From positions 1 through 64,000 of the IMG/VR virus record IMGVR_UViG_3300006752_000019: a stretch of DNA of 64,000 bases; one strand, written 5' to 3'. Within the stretch, counting starts at the first letter, position 1. Each line of letters starts with the position of its first letter. The stretch comes from a virus (Duplodnaviria; Caudoviricetes). Positions 17,255-26,938 of this stretch are shown one piece after another. The notes beneath the pieces are model-generated. The model made no database searches and was not told where the DNA came from. It saw nothing but the letters and a program-made list of their open reading frames with translations. The translations under genes and the position numbers were made by a program.

Positions 17255-17683
17255 TTATTCAGAAAAGAAAAGATTGTTTAGCCATTTATTCGGCACATCG
17301 AAATCTTCAAATTTGTTTATGTATTTTAGAGCGGGGTTTTTAACAAGCGAAGCAAGAGGCAAAATATCCATCTTTTCATCCATGCTTAAACTTTCAATGC
17401 TCCCATCAACTAGAATCTCGTCTGGATTTATGCCACAAAGAGCTAATTCATTATATCGCGGAACAAAATTTAAAGAACCACCCTGTTCAAACACAATGCG
17501 GCTTTTTGTGTAACCTGCGATGTAATGTTTGAGATTGGCTTCTTTGAGAGCTTCGTGAGTTTGTTTGATTACCAACTTGTTATCAGAGTAAACTACAATT
17601 TGTTTCGTAGGGTTATCTGCAATTCTAAGAAGGCACAATGCTGTGATATTGTTTATCATGTTAAGCCTATTAATGGTTTCCAT
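17255..17683 (-). CDS. Hypothetical protein, weak resemblance to part of a terminase/helicase ATPase fold
   Basis: IVFEQGGSLNF...LCGINPDEILVDG resembles the terminase I.F.NGS.I.F...LRG...D....DE segment. Confidence 0.4.
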   Translation of the reverse strand: METINRLNMINNITALCLLRIADNPTKQIVVYSDNKLVIKQTHEALKEANLKHYIAGYTKSRIVFEQGGSLNFVPRYNELALCGINPDEILVDGSIESLSMDEKMDILPLASLVKNPALKYINKFEDFDVPNKWLNNLFFSE

Positions 17684-18228
17684 TCCGAGCGAATCTCTCC
17701 AACATCCAACATGAATTTGGGAATTGCTGGAGGTTTTGGAATCTTGCCGTTTAGATCGTAAAAAGGAGTAAGGCTACCTTTTTTTCTATTGCAGGTTCCG
17801 CAAGCAAGCACACGGTTCGCATGAACGTCTTCTCCTCCCTTGCTTTTTGGGCGAACATGGTCTATTGTTAATTCTTTCAGAGGAAACTTTTCAAAACAGT
17901 ATTGACACTTGAAATCGCAAATCTTTGCTAATTCATGAAGACTGAGTTTTGCTTTTTGAGGGCGGCGAAAGAACTTGCTGGTCACGATCACGATAGTAGG
18001 AATCGGCCATGCATTATTTGGGCTAGTGATATAAGGCTGATCATCGTAAAACTCAGCCAACTCATTCCATGTATCCAAAGTATGAAAATACCCCATGTTT
18101 TTATCAACAGAGGTAACTCTTTTTTTGTATAAATGTTGAAACGCAGCACGGGCAGTAATCACCGTGATTGGTTGCCATGCGTTGTTTAGAAGAAGAGTGG
18201 TCTTCTGATTTGCTTTAACAGCCTTCAT
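17656..18228 (-). CDS. HNH endonuclease (McrA-like phage family)
   Basis: LLLN..WQP, CQYC, LTIDHV.PKSKGG, N.VLAC..CN.KKG. Confidence 0.9.
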   Translation of the reverse strand: MKAVKANQKTTLLLNNAWQPITVITARAAFQHLYKKRVTSVDKNMGYFHTLDTWNELAEFYDDQPYITSPNNAWPIPTIVIVTSKFFRRPQKAKLSLHELAKICDFKCQYCFEKFPLKELTIDHVRPKSKGGEDVHANRVLACGTCNRKKGSLTPFYDLNGKIPKPPAIPKFMLDVGEIRSEWKPLIGLT

Positions 18229-18230
18229 TA

Positions 18231-18467
18231 TTAATAATCTTCAAGAATTTCAAAAAGCAATCGGTCTTCATCACTCGCCTCGCGTATTGCTTTGGTTTCT
18301 GTAAATGTATGAGTAGTGCAATAGATTTCATCTACAACAATCCACCCACTCTGCTCTTCGATATATGATCTTGCTGGAATGCGGTATTTGTCGCGCAAAT
18401 ACTCTAGCGCGATTTTTTGCTTTTGCTGTTGTGTGAGTTCAACTTTGATTGTTGCGTCAACCGTCAT
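18231..18467 (-). CDS. Hypothetical protein (start re-assigned to MTVDAT)
   Basis: TTGACA-17-TATCAT ends 6 nt before ATG 18467. Confidence 0.6.
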   Translation of the reverse strand: MTVDATIKVELTQQQKQKIALEYLRDKYRIPARSYIEEQSGWIVVDEIYCTTHTFTETKAIREASDEDRLLFEILEDY

Positions 18468-18562
18468 TTTGCCATGATAGTTGACATTAAAGAGTCTGTC
18501 AACGAAAAAGCGCCCCAATTTCTCAGGACGCTTCTTGTTTGGGTTTTTAAATAATTAAAAAA

Positions 18563-18958
18563 TCAATCGTAACTCACAGAAATAGTAGGCTTCTGAATGT
18601 CGTAAGAGTCGCCAAGGCCAAGTGTTTCGAGGGCTTCTTTCATTTTACCTGCATCTTTGATTGCTGGAAGGTGACCTTTTTTGTGTTCAGCAAGACCTTT
18701 ATACATATATGCAATGTCTTCGCGCATGAATTTCATCTCATAAGACATGGACTTGTGATAATTTTCCATGTCGGCGTAGGTCATGTATTCTGACTTGGCT
18801 TCTTCCTCTGGTAATTCTTTCTCGTCCATGTAGGAAGCATAAGAAATTTCAAAGCCATCTTCTGTCTTTTCCAGAGAAGGGTTCAGATTAAGCTGTTTGC
18901 CTTCTTCAATTGCGGCGTTTGCAATAGCTTCGTTAAGAATATTAAAAGATTGTTTCAT
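18563..18958 (-). CDS. Acidic hypothetical protein, possibly head-associated
   Basis: ORF track; GTGTAA motif upstream. Confidence 0.55.
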   Translation of the reverse strand: MKQSFNILNEAIANAAIEEGKQLNLNPSLEKTEDGFEISYASYMDEKELPEEEAKSEYMTYADMENYHKSMSYEMKFMREDIAYMYKGLAEHKKGHLPAIKDAGKMKEALETLGLGDSYDIQKPTISVSYD

Positions 18959-18973
18959 TTGAGTATATTACAC

Positions 18974-19189
18974 TTACTCTTCTCTGTGGCCGTCTAGTTT
19001 AAGTCTGTTTTTGAACTCAGTGTAAGTAATTTTTTTGTCGCTAGGATCAAAAATCAAAGGCCCACCTTCAATCCTCGTCCACTCATTAAATGTGCGTTTA
19101 GCGAAAGCTTTGTCGTAGGTTTTGCGCCCTTGTTTGCTGTAAGCGCGGGATTTAATCAAATCATTCGTAACGTCATTTTTTGCTGTCAT
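18974..19189 (-). CDS. Hypothetical phage protein
   Basis: MTAKND.T.D.I.S.......YD pattern seen in small phage proteins. Confidence 0.55.
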   Translation of the reverse strand: MTAKNDVTNDLIKSRAYSKQGRKTYDKAFAKRTFNEWTRIEGGPLIFDPSDKKITYTEFKNRLKLDGHREE

Positions 19190-19292
19190 GTGTTTCAGAG
19201 TCTAGTAAAATATTTACAGCATATATTATGCGAAATGCATCGAAACTTCAACAAAAAGTGTAATTATTTGCAGAAAACCGATATAATTAATA

Positions 19293-19592
19293 GTGAAAAC
19301 AATCGTTAAAAAAACAATCACTCTCGAAACTAAGCGTCATGATTTTAATAATGAGTTTGCTTATATTGAAGTCTGGTCAAATACAGTATTGAAAGACTGT
19401 TATTTTGCAGAGAAAGAGTTCTTGTTTAGAGATGGAACTCTGAAGAACGGCGGGATCAAGTATTTCTATAGTGCTAACAAAGAAGACCCTGAGAAAAACA
19501 TTAAGTCTATTAATTGTAGCGGATTCAATGGTTTTAACAGTCTCTACTATCTTGACGAGAATGGAGATATTCAATCTCTTTGCCGCGAATGA
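19293..19592 (+). CDS. Hypothetical protein
   Basis: ORF track; ATGA overlap with the next gene. Confidence 0.5.
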   Translation: MKTIVKKTITLETKRHDFNNEFAYIEVWSNTVLKDCYFAEKEFLFRDGTLKNGGIKYFYSANKEDPEKNIKSINCSGFNGFNSLYYLDENGDIQSLCRE

Positions 19593-20599
19593 GTGATTTT
19601 AATATAAGTGCTGACTGTAGTGATTCTTATCGTAGTATTTTAATGACTACGCCGTTTCACCCTAAAGTGAAACAAATCGAAAAAAATAAATGGGAAGCTA
19701 CCTTTAATCAAGGTTATGTTTTTGATTACTTGGGAGGTTCGTCTCTTAATGATCCAATTGTTATTGATGGCATGAATGAAGCTTTTACTCTTTCAAATGA
19801 AGAGGGAGAACCACAATATAAAACAACAAATTACTATGTAAGAATTGAAGTAGATACTTCAAATGGTTCGATTTATTATGCTGAATTTGAGCAATACACT
19901 GACGATCAAGACCCCCCTCTTTCATCTGACACTTTAAATATTGATGGTGGCGAGCAAACCACTGTGACTCAATATATTAAAGTCGCCTCTTTTACAGAAC
20001 AGTTTATAAAAAACCTTTATTTAAGAGACAATATTCACTGGTGGGGCAAAAAAATTATTCAAGAAAATAATGCAATTGAAAGTGTCGGACACCCTATTAA
20101 TATTGACACTGGCTCAACTGGCCAAGGTGCATCTCGCCCACTTGCAATAAAAACCATTAGTGGGTATGGGGAAACAGATTATAAAATAGTTGATGTTTTT
20201 GATGGGAAAAGTGATAATATAATTGTTTCTGGTATTACTGGATACGGAGTAATGTATGGCGATGGTGCAGCAGGGCAAGAAACTTATGAGTTTCTTGATT
20301 ATCCAGAAGGTGTTGCTCAATCTGCAAATGATTCCACTGAATCTAATGGATGGGAACACCGATTAGTTGCTGCTGACGATCCCCCTAGTGCGCCAGCTTG
20401 GGCAGAAAGACAATATTTGCCACAAGTAGCTGAAGGCGCAGCTCAGGGGGATATACTATACTATAATGCAACAGAGCAACAATGGGTTGTTTTGGCGGCT
20501 CCAGATCCTCTTGATTTTCAAGGCGATCCAGTTTTGCAACATGATGGAACTGCTCCATACTGGGGTCAAGATGACTATGATCTACCTATGGTGGATTAA
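19589..20599 (+). CDS. Probable virion structural protein
   Basis: Acidic and beta-rich; GDILYYN...WV.L motif typical of tail proteins. Confidence 0.55.
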   Translation: MSDFNISADCSDSYRSILMTTPFHPKVKQIEKNKWEATFNQGYVFDYLGGSSLNDPIVIDGMNEAFTLSNEEGEPQYKTTNYYVRIEVDTSNGSIYYAEFEQYTDDQDPPLSSDTLNIDGGEQTTVTQYIKVASFTEQFIKNLYLRDNIHWWGKKIIQENNAIESVGHPINIDTGSTGQGASRPLAIKTISGYGETDYKIVDVFDGKSDNIIVSGITGYGVMYGDGAAGQETYEFLDYPEGVAQSANDSTESNGWEHRLVAADDPPSAPAWAERQYLPQVAEGAAQGDILYYNATEQQWVVLAAPDPLDFQGDPVLQHDGTAPYWGQDDYDLPMVD

Positions 20600-21292
20600 C
20601 TTATGTAATAGCGTCTTGTTTTTGTCCTCTTGGTTCATTTTGCAATAGATTCGACAATTTCTATCGAATAAATGCACCAAGCTAGGGTTGGCGCACATAA
20701 TGCATTCGGGGTCTAAATCCATTAATGCTGTTTTGACGCGAAAATTGCCAAAACATTCCATTCTTGTTTTCATGCCGTCAATGATTTCAATTTCTTGTAA
20801 CCAAGATTCTCTTGACGCTCTTTTGAGAAAGCTATTGCCAAATGCAAGCTTGCCCCAATTTGACTTTGATGTTTGGACTATTTTGTGATTGTGTTCTGAC
20901 CAGCGTTTATAAAATACGCACTCTTTTGATGATCCAAGAATTGCGTTGTTAAGCCCCATTCTGTGTTTAATCGGAACGCCAACAATAAAACCACCTTTAT
21001 TTTCAATCGTTTCAAAAAGATAGTCAAACTCTTTGATAGCTAAAACATCTTTATCAACCCAAATGCCGCCATGTTTAACCAAAAGCTCAATTCTTATCAA
21101 GTCGCTTATATCAATCACATGACTCGCATTAGAAAAATAATCTGGAACATCCACATAATCATGGATAGATTTATCGTCTAATGCAAAAAGATTGTAACCA
21201 CTTTCATCACAGACTTGTTTTAGTCTGCCCTCCAATTCAATTATCAAATCTGGCTTTGAACCTTGCCAATAAGTGAATACGTTTTTGGTCAT
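20582..21292 (-). CDS. Glycosyltransferase, GT32 / capsular polysaccharide synthesis-like
   Basis: FTYWQG, SDLIRIELLVKHGGIWVDKDV (DxD), NNAIL. Confidence 0.8.
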   Translation of the reverse strand: MTKNVFTYWQGSKPDLIIELEGRLKQVCDESGYNLFALDDKSIHDYVDVPDYFSNASHVIDISDLIRIELLVKHGGIWVDKDVLAIKEFDYLFETIENKGGFIVGVPIKHRMGLNNAILGSSKECVFYKRWSEHNHKIVQTSKSNWGKLAFGNSFLKRASRESWLQEIEIIDGMKTRMECFGNFRVKTALMDLDPECIMCANPSLVHLFDRNCRIYCKMNQEDKNKTLLHKLIHHR

Positions 21293-21960
21293 TGGGCTTG
21301 CTTGATAGGGTGATATATTTGTTTTTCGCCAGTATAGGTCATTGTTGAATGATGCACGAATGGTAGGTCGATTTGCCCGATCCTTGCTCCTTCAATGCTT
21401 GCGGCTGTGGGAAATCTCATTTCGCTAATTATATTCTTTGAGTAAGCTTTGTTCCATCTTTTTTTACATACAGCGTCTAATACGGATCGTCTCATTAAGA
21501 AACAACCCAACGAAACTAAACCACAAGCCCGTTCTCCCTCATTCAATTCTAATCGCGGAATTTCTCTCCACCACCACCAGTTGTCTGGAGTCCACTTTGC
21601 GTCCTCTTGGCTTCTGCGCCTCCATTTGCCTCTTAGGTGAAATGGCTCTTTCATGTATTGAGCGCCAACTAGATCAAACTGTTCTGGAATTGCAGGAAGT
21701 TCGCAATTAACTAGCGTGTCCCATTCGATCACGGCAACATTTTCTGTTGCAACTAGATTAGAGTTTTCCAGCCACCACTTTCTAAGTGGTTGATCGCCAT
21801 TGCGCCAATTATATCTTTTGCCTTGCGCGTGATCTTCTCCAACAACTATATGCATATTGCATTTTGGGTTGTTTTGCTTAAAGACTTCTAGATGCGGCGT
21901 GAGGACTTTACCGCTGGCTTTGTTTTTATGAGTTAGTATTAAGCAAGTATAGTTAAACAT
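21289..21960 (-). CDS. Putative glycosyltransferase-like protein
   Basis: EWD motif in a GT-A-like position; within the GT cluster. Confidence 0.4.
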   Translation of the reverse strand: MFNYTCLILTHKNKASGKVLTPHLEVFKQNNPKCNMHIVVGEDHAQGKRYNWRNGDQPLRKWWLENSNLVATENVAVIEWDTLVNCELPAIPEQFDLVGAQYMKEPFHLRGKWRRRSQEDAKWTPDNWWWWREIPRLELNEGERACGLVSLGCFLMRRSVLDAVCKKRWNKAYSKNIISEMRFPTAASIEGARIGQIDLPFVHHSTMTYTGEKQIYHPIKQAQ

Positions 21961-21974
21961 ATTATTAGTGAGAG

Positions 21975-22706
21975 TTATTTATAAAGCAATATATTGCGTG
22001 TTTTCCACAGGTGCAAGAATCTTTGTGATTCGCGTCTATGAGGAATATTTTTGTGAGTTTTAATTCTTTCTTCTAATTTTTCAATAACATTTTTGTTCCA
22101 CTTATAGTGTTGAACGATTAATACTTCATCATTAAAAGTAGAAATGGCTTTTGCTTTTTCTGTAAGGTAGTGACTGCCACCAGTTACATCTAAATCACCT
22201 CTTGTGATTGGAATTTTTCTGGTTTCGGCTCGCAATACAGATCGTGTTATGTCGTAAGTCAGCGGAAACTGTTCTGACAAAGTTGTGTCTTGTTTGATTT
22301 CTGGCAAAGACCCATCAATTGCAATTCTGTCAACCATTATGCCGCGACAACAGTTTTCGCCATTAGATATCATTTCTTCAACCTTGTCTTTTAAAGTGCC
22401 GCTATCGGTTTCAACGTGTTCGTCTATATCAACATTGATAATCCAATCATTGCTAGTGACCGCTAATTGTCTTAGTAATTTATATTTATGTTCTTCGGAG
22501 AATTTAGCATTCCACTCGCCATAAGCAAAAAACAAGCTAACATTATGAGCGCAATACTTTTTTTCAAAGTATCGTTCATCAATATCTTCGTTTGCGTTAA
22601 AAATCAAATAACAATGATCTACACCTTGGTCTTGATAGTATTGCAAAAAATGAGGCACGTATGCTTCATCGTAATGAGCGTGGCACATAGTAAGTGTTGC
22701 AATCAT
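21975..22706 (-). CDS. Glycosyltransferase, GT2/GT92-like
   Basis: FLQYY...GVD, WIINVDIDE, K.P, G.H, HYKW. Confidence 0.7.
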   Translation of the reverse strand: MIATLTMCHAHYDEAYVPHFLQYYQDQGVDHCYLIFNANEDIDERYFEKKYCAHNVSLFFAYGEWNAKFSEEHKYKLLRQLAVTSNDWIINVDIDEHVETDSGTLKDKVEEMISNGENCCRGIMVDRIAIDGSLPEIKQDTTLSEQFPLTYDITRSVLRAETRKIPITRGDLDVTGGSHYLTEKAKAISTFNDEVLIVQHYKWNKNVIEKLEERIKTHKNIPHRRESQRFLHLWKTRNILLYK

Positions 22707-23440
22707 AAGTATTTTTTTCTCCAAGGTTGTCTGGCCGCAAAATGACGAATAATTGTGTCTTTGGGCTGTGTTTTGTTGATGAATAGTGGTTTAATCCTTG
22801 CGGCGCGTCTATTGTCAATTTCGTCTTCTAATAGAGTGCAATCCCAAATTGGAGATTTAACGTCAACGTGTTCTCGCAGCTCTTCTAAAGAATACACTCC
22901 TGTATCGACAGAGTGAAATCCATGATCTTTCTGATGCAGGTAAGACTCTTTGCAAGAAGCATCAATGCCAGCCAAAGTATACCATGCCGCCTGTTCTCTG
23001 AAAAACTTCCAGTGTCTTGTGGTCTTATGGGTTTGATATAGGTTTTCGTCCAGAATGTCGTTTACAAGCTGCTTGCTCCAATCATTGATGTTGATGCAGT
23101 AGTTTCCCATGCAATGGCTGTTACAGCTATCTATGGCGTAAGAAAAGCTCTTGTCTGTCTTGTATTCAAGCTCTGGCTTAACAACAACCATGTCGGCATC
23201 GAAATTAACAATCGAGTCACCGTCTTTTAAAATACCTTTTTTAATCCAATCCTGCACAAGATAAAATTTCATCCAAGTGATATTGCCTCGAAAATCGGGA
23301 ATATCCCAATCGCGGTCTACTTCAATATATTGAATGCCATGACGCTCACAATAATCCTTGTTTTTGGGCGCAATGTAATCTTGATACATTTTCTGTATCA
23401 CATTATTGTATCGCGCTATAACAAATAGATGCTTATCCAT
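22703..23440 (-). CDS. Glycosyltransferase, GT34 (GMA12/MNN10)-like
   Basis: NKDYC.RHG, W.KFYLV, FDADMVV, REQAA, HFA. Confidence 0.7.
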   Translation of the reverse strand: MDKHLFVIARYNNVIQKMYQDYIAPKNKDYCERHGIQYIEVDRDWDIPDFRGNITWMKFYLVQDWIKKGILKDGDSIVNFDADMVVVKPELEYKTDKSFSYAIDSCNSHCMGNYCININDWSKQLVNDILDENLYQTHKTTRHWKFFREQAAWYTLAGIDASCKESYLHQKDHGFHSVDTGVYSLEELREHVDVKSPIWDCTLLEDEIDNRRAARIKPLFINKTQPKDTIIRHFAARQPWRKKYL

Positions 23441-24086
23441 AATACCTCCTCATGCATTGGGTTCTGGATTGTGAATGGTCAGGCTGAGAGTGTAAGCCAT
23501 TGAAAAAACCATCTTGTCTCCTAAGCCTTCTCCTCATAAAACTTGGCACGACTTTTTTATCTAAGAAAGAAGAGACGACAATATCATCTTCTATTCTTGG
23601 GTTTTCGGCGCAAACGTCAAATAAATCTTGTGGTATTCTTAGGTTTTGCTTTTTAGCAAATAAAAACCCGCCCTTTATGATATCAACTGTCTGATCTTGT
23701 CGAGCAAGGAAGATGTGTTTTTGATCAAAGTAATCTTGTGAATGGTCTATAATTTTAACACCACTGTAACCGATAGCGTCACAATCATTTTTATCAAGAT
23801 AATCAATAGAGTCCTCGATCATGCGATTGTCTGCAAAGAGCATATCGTCATCTAAGGAAAATACATAATCAGTTGTGACGTAATTTGCCATCAACCATCT
23901 TGGCCAGCACATTAAATTCTTAGAAGAATTAATCTGTAGGTCTACGGGATATTCTGTTTTATCTTCAGCACAATTATTCCACAAAAAAATATCTACTGAT
24001 TTCGTTTGTTCGCGCAGATTGGCGATGATGCGATCAAGATTTTTTTGTCTTTCAAATGATAATAATAGTGCTGTTGCTCTAGTCAT
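23433..24086 (-). CDS. GT-A fold glycosyltransferase (GT2/GT64-like)
   Basis: LLSFER..NL, VFSLDDDM, EDDI. Confidence 0.65.
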   Translation of the reverse strand: MTRATALLLSFERQKNLDRIIANLREQTKSVDIFLWNNCAEDKTEYPVDLQINSSKNLMCWPRWLMANYVTTDYVFSLDDDMLFADNRMIEDSIDYLDKNDCDAIGYSGVKIIDHSQDYFDQKHIFLARQDQTVDIIKGGFLFAKKQNLRIPQDLFDVCAENPRIEDDIVVSSFLDKKVVPSFMRRRLRRQDGFFNGLHSQPDHSQSRTQCMRRYYG

Positions 24087-24625
24087 GGTCGTAACAACTC
24101 CATCGGCTGTCGATACTCCTTGTAAGGAAGAATCCAGTGGTCGCACTCTGCTAAAACGTCAGAGAGCTTAACCATTGTCATAAGGTCTTTGCGATCCTTG
24201 CGGGTATAACCTTTGTATAGACAATCTTTTGCCTTGGAGACTTTACTTCTAAGGTTGCAAATCTTTTTAGTAAGTTCATATAAGTGAGTGTTTTTCGCAC
24301 ACACAAAGAAAATACCAAAGTCGAAAGCGATCCACTCAGGAGTGTTTTGATCGTTGCACCAACCTTTTTTACCTTGGACATTCTTGAGTTCAAGAAGGAT
24401 ATTTCCATTTTTGTGGCTATCCTTCAAACCTTTAACATCAAATGTTACCTTATCTTTTACGATAAAATCGACATGTGCAATATCGCTTTTTTTACCTGTT
24501 TTTTTGATGTTCATTCCTGCCGCCTTGCAGCTATCATAGAATCGTCTTTCGCCGCTTGCTCCTACATTAATAGATTTTGCGATGTGTTGTCCAGAGGACA
24601 TTCCTTGTGCTTTTTTTGAAATCAT
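24083..24625 (-). CDS. PD-(D/E)xK-like phage nuclease
   Basis: GERRF, HVDF, FDVKG, ELKNV.G..GW, WIAF. Confidence 0.6.
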   Translation of the reverse strand: MISKKAQGMSSGQHIAKSINVGASGERRFYDSCKAAGMNIKKTGKKSDIAHVDFIVKDKVTFDVKGLKDSHKNGNILLELKNVQGKKGWCNDQNTPEWIAFDFGIFFVCAKNTHLYELTKKICNLRSKVSKAKDCLYKGYTRKDRKDLMTMVKLSDVLAECDHWILPYKEYRQPMELLRP

Positions 24626-24629
24626 AGTA

Positions 24630-24938
24630 TTAAAAATATTCTCCTGCGAAATATCGGTCAGAATTAAATGACTTATCATCAATATAAAAATCGTATGCTG
24701 GTTTGCCCATTTTTAGTTCATGATGCTTGCAGCCCCAATCTTTTAATTGTTGTTCTGTGAGTTGCGTCCAATCCTTGCCAGAGTTACCGCCACGAGCAGT
24801 CCAGTAGACAATGTGAGCGCCCGACTCGTAAAGTTCATTGATGGCTTTGATGCGATCCTCTATGGGTTGAGCTTTTTCATACTCTCCATTGGTGAGGGTG
24901 CAGATTGTCCCATCAATATCTACAAAGATTTTCTTCAT
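24630..24938 (-). CDS. Small HAD phosphatase (capsule biosynthesis phosphatase-like)
   Basis: FVDIDGTIC, YWTARG, MGKP.YD..IDDK. Confidence 0.85.
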   Translation of the reverse strand: MKKIFVDIDGTICTLTNGEYEKAQPIEDRIKAINELYESGAHIVYWTARGGNSGKDWTQLTEQQLKDWGCKHHELKMGKPAYDFYIDDKSFNSDRYFAGEYF

Positions 24939-25447
24939 TTAATGCTATTAATGATATTCGTTGAACTTACATTATCAAGCAATGGAAGAAATGTCAAATG
25001 AATATTCATTTTCTTCGCTATATTTGACTCATATGCGTTTAAACTTGGACTTTTTTCGTAGTCGCCACCTTTGAACCAAATATCAGGGCGTATCATCTTT
25101 AAATACTTGCCGACTGTTTTCTCAGAAAAAACAAAAACATAATCTACGGCAGAGTGGCAAGCGACCATATAAGCTCGTTGTTTATGTGGTATAATTGGTC
25201 GAGAATCTCCCTTGTTGCCTCTGACACTGGAATCACTATTGACTCCCACAATAAGTTTTGCTCCCGCCCCAAGAGACTCCTTGGCGCAATTTAACAGAGA
25301 GGCATGGCCAGCATGAAAAAGGTCGTAGCATCCATTTGTAAACCCAAGACGAGTATGGAGGCCAAATTGTCTCATGTCGTGAATCTGCCTTATTTCTTTT
25401 TGAAGGCTGTCAATCGTGACTATTTTTTTATGTTTTAAATTGTGCAT
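24935..25447 (-). CDS. hldC: Heptose-1-phosphate nucleotidyltransferase-like (RfaE domain II / HldC)
   Basis: FTNGCYDLFHAGH, VGVNSDSSV..NKG..RP, KGGDY, SST.II. Confidence 0.8.
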   Translation of the reverse strand: MHNLKHKKIVTIDSLQKEIRQIHDMRQFGLHTRLGFTNGCYDLFHAGHASLLNCAKESLGAGAKLIVGVNSDSSVRGNKGDSRPIIPHKQRAYMVACHSAVDYVFVFSEKTVGKYLKMIRPDIWFKGGDYEKSPSLNAYESNIAKKMNIHLTFLPLLDNVSSTNIINSIK

Positions 25448-26190
25448 ACACCCTTTTTTGCTACAACTTTGGCGCAGCATTTCTGTGCGTAATTGATTGA
25501 TAATTCAATATTTTTGACGACCATATATTTGTAAGCATATGCGGCTAAGAAAGTGTCTCCTGCTCCTGAAACATCAAATACCTGAGTTGATTCGCAGGGA
25601 AATGTTTGGCCGCGATACGTGCATCCTTCTGCACCCTTGGTGACAATTAGCTTGTCGTTGATATGCTCTCTGTATGCCTTAAAACCATTTTCTCGATATT
25701 CTTTATCATTGATCTTAATAAAATCAAACCAACCAGCATTTGAGGCTGTAAACTTTTTCTTTGTGTCTAAGAAGGTGATAATGTCTTCTGTTTGTTTTCC
25801 AATGTAAGCAAGGTCATTAGTAGAGAGAAAACCTTTATTGTAATCAGAAATTAATACAGCTTCGTAATCGTCAAAATTAATATCTTCAAGCTTGCGGAAA
25901 GAGGTATATGTATCATTATCAACGCGCATAATCATCTGGTTGGATGATTGATCAACATATCGGGTTTTGCTTCCTTCGCAAGTATTTGTGAAAAGATCAA
26001 AACGATTAGTTGTTTCGCCGTGTTTTTTAGCAATGGCTTGGATATTGGCCAATACATTTGCCGCCATGCCAAGATGGTTGGTTTCGCGGGTTGGGCGAAA
26101 TACTGGAACTGGAGCTTCTGGACAGATGCGCTCAACTTTTCCATAAATAAACTTGTCGTTGCAAGTTTCTCCTATAACTAAAATTTTCAT
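25435..26190 (-). CDS. hldA: PfkB-family heptose kinase-like (RfaE domain I / HldA)
   Basis: ILVIGE...D, RICPEAPVPV, GMAANV, SDYNKG, DVSGAGDTF. Confidence 0.85.
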   Translation of the reverse strand: MKILVIGETCNDKFIYGKVERICPEAPVPVFRPTRETNHLGMAANVLANIQAIAKKHGETTNRFDLFTNTCEGSKTRYVDQSSNQMIMRVDNDTYTSFRKLEDINFDDYEAVLISDYNKGFLSTNDLAYIGKQTEDIITFLDTKKKFTASNAGWFDFIKINDKEYRENGFKAYREHINDKLIVTKGAEGCTYRGQTFPCESTQVFDVSGAGDTFLAAYAYKYMVVKNIELSINYAQKCCAKVVAKKGVCTI

Positions 26191-26567
26191 CCTTGTGAGT
26201 CTCCCTTGCCAATTCGATAAGAGTCGTCATTAAAATGTTGAGTGCTAACCTCAAAAATCATACCTTTGCCTTGGCTAATGTTTTTAAGCTTGTGTGGAAC
26301 GCTTGGAAGCAGGTGAACGGTATCGCCTACATTTAATTGAGTGGTTTTTATCTCGGCTTTTTCGAGATCGTAGTATTCCATTTCAAATATCCCTTGCATC
26401 ACACCCCATGTTTCTTCTTTTACAACATGATAGTGCATCGAAAATGATGCGCCCTCATTAAATTCTAAAATTTTACCACAATACTGGGGGATATTGGCTA
26501 CCCAAATCTCGCGCCCCCAAGCTTTTTCGTGTTGTTCTACTTTGCCAAAAACAGGTTTTCTCTGCAT
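26187..26567 (-). CDS. Cupin, putative sugar isomerase/epimerase
   Basis: KAWGRE.W, YCGKIL, SMHYH..KEETW, HKL, FEVST. Confidence 0.75.
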   Translation of the reverse strand: MQRKPVFGKVEQHEKAWGREIWVANIPQYCGKILEFNEGASFSMHYHVVKEETWGVMQGIFEMEYYDLEKAEIKTTQLNVGDTVHLLPSVPHKLKNISQGKGMIFEVSTQHFNDDSYRIGKGDSQG

Positions 26568-26607
26568 ACCCGATTATATATGTAAGCAATCAAAAAATCA
26601 ACCTTTT

Positions 26608-26907
26608 TTAGATCTTAATAGTGACAGGAGCAATGCTGGCAATAGAGTTCGAAACCTTTTGGATTTCAACACCGCTCATGTTTGAGGCTTTTTCCTTTAG
26701 GGTTGAAAGATGTTCTTGGAAATTAACAAATGCTTCGTTTTGCGCGATAAATTGTTTAGTGTTTCCATTGTAGATGCATGTTTCGTAAACCTCGAAAACT
26801 GAAGGGTCGATTTGCTGCTCAATTGGGCAATAAAGAGTGTTGCCCACAACATAGCGAAAAATATCTTCGCTTTGAATCTTTTTGAGAGAAAGGATGTCGT
26901 CTGTCAT
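26608..26907 (-). CDS. Hypothetical protein
   Basis: ORF track. Confidence 0.55.
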   Translation of the reverse strand: MTDDILSLKKIQSEDIFRYVVGNTLYCPIEQQIDPSVFEVYETCIYNGNTKQFIAQNEAFVNFQEHLSTLKEKASNMSGVEIQKVSNSIASIAPVTIKI

Positions 26908-26938
26908 GATTCTATCCTAGTAGGTTTTATATTAAATG

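Noticed and set aside
18481-18502. TTGACA-N10-TGTCAA palindrome as an operator
   Set aside because: One half is the -35 of the minus-strand promoter, the other has no plus-strand gene to drive, and it is a single occurrence.
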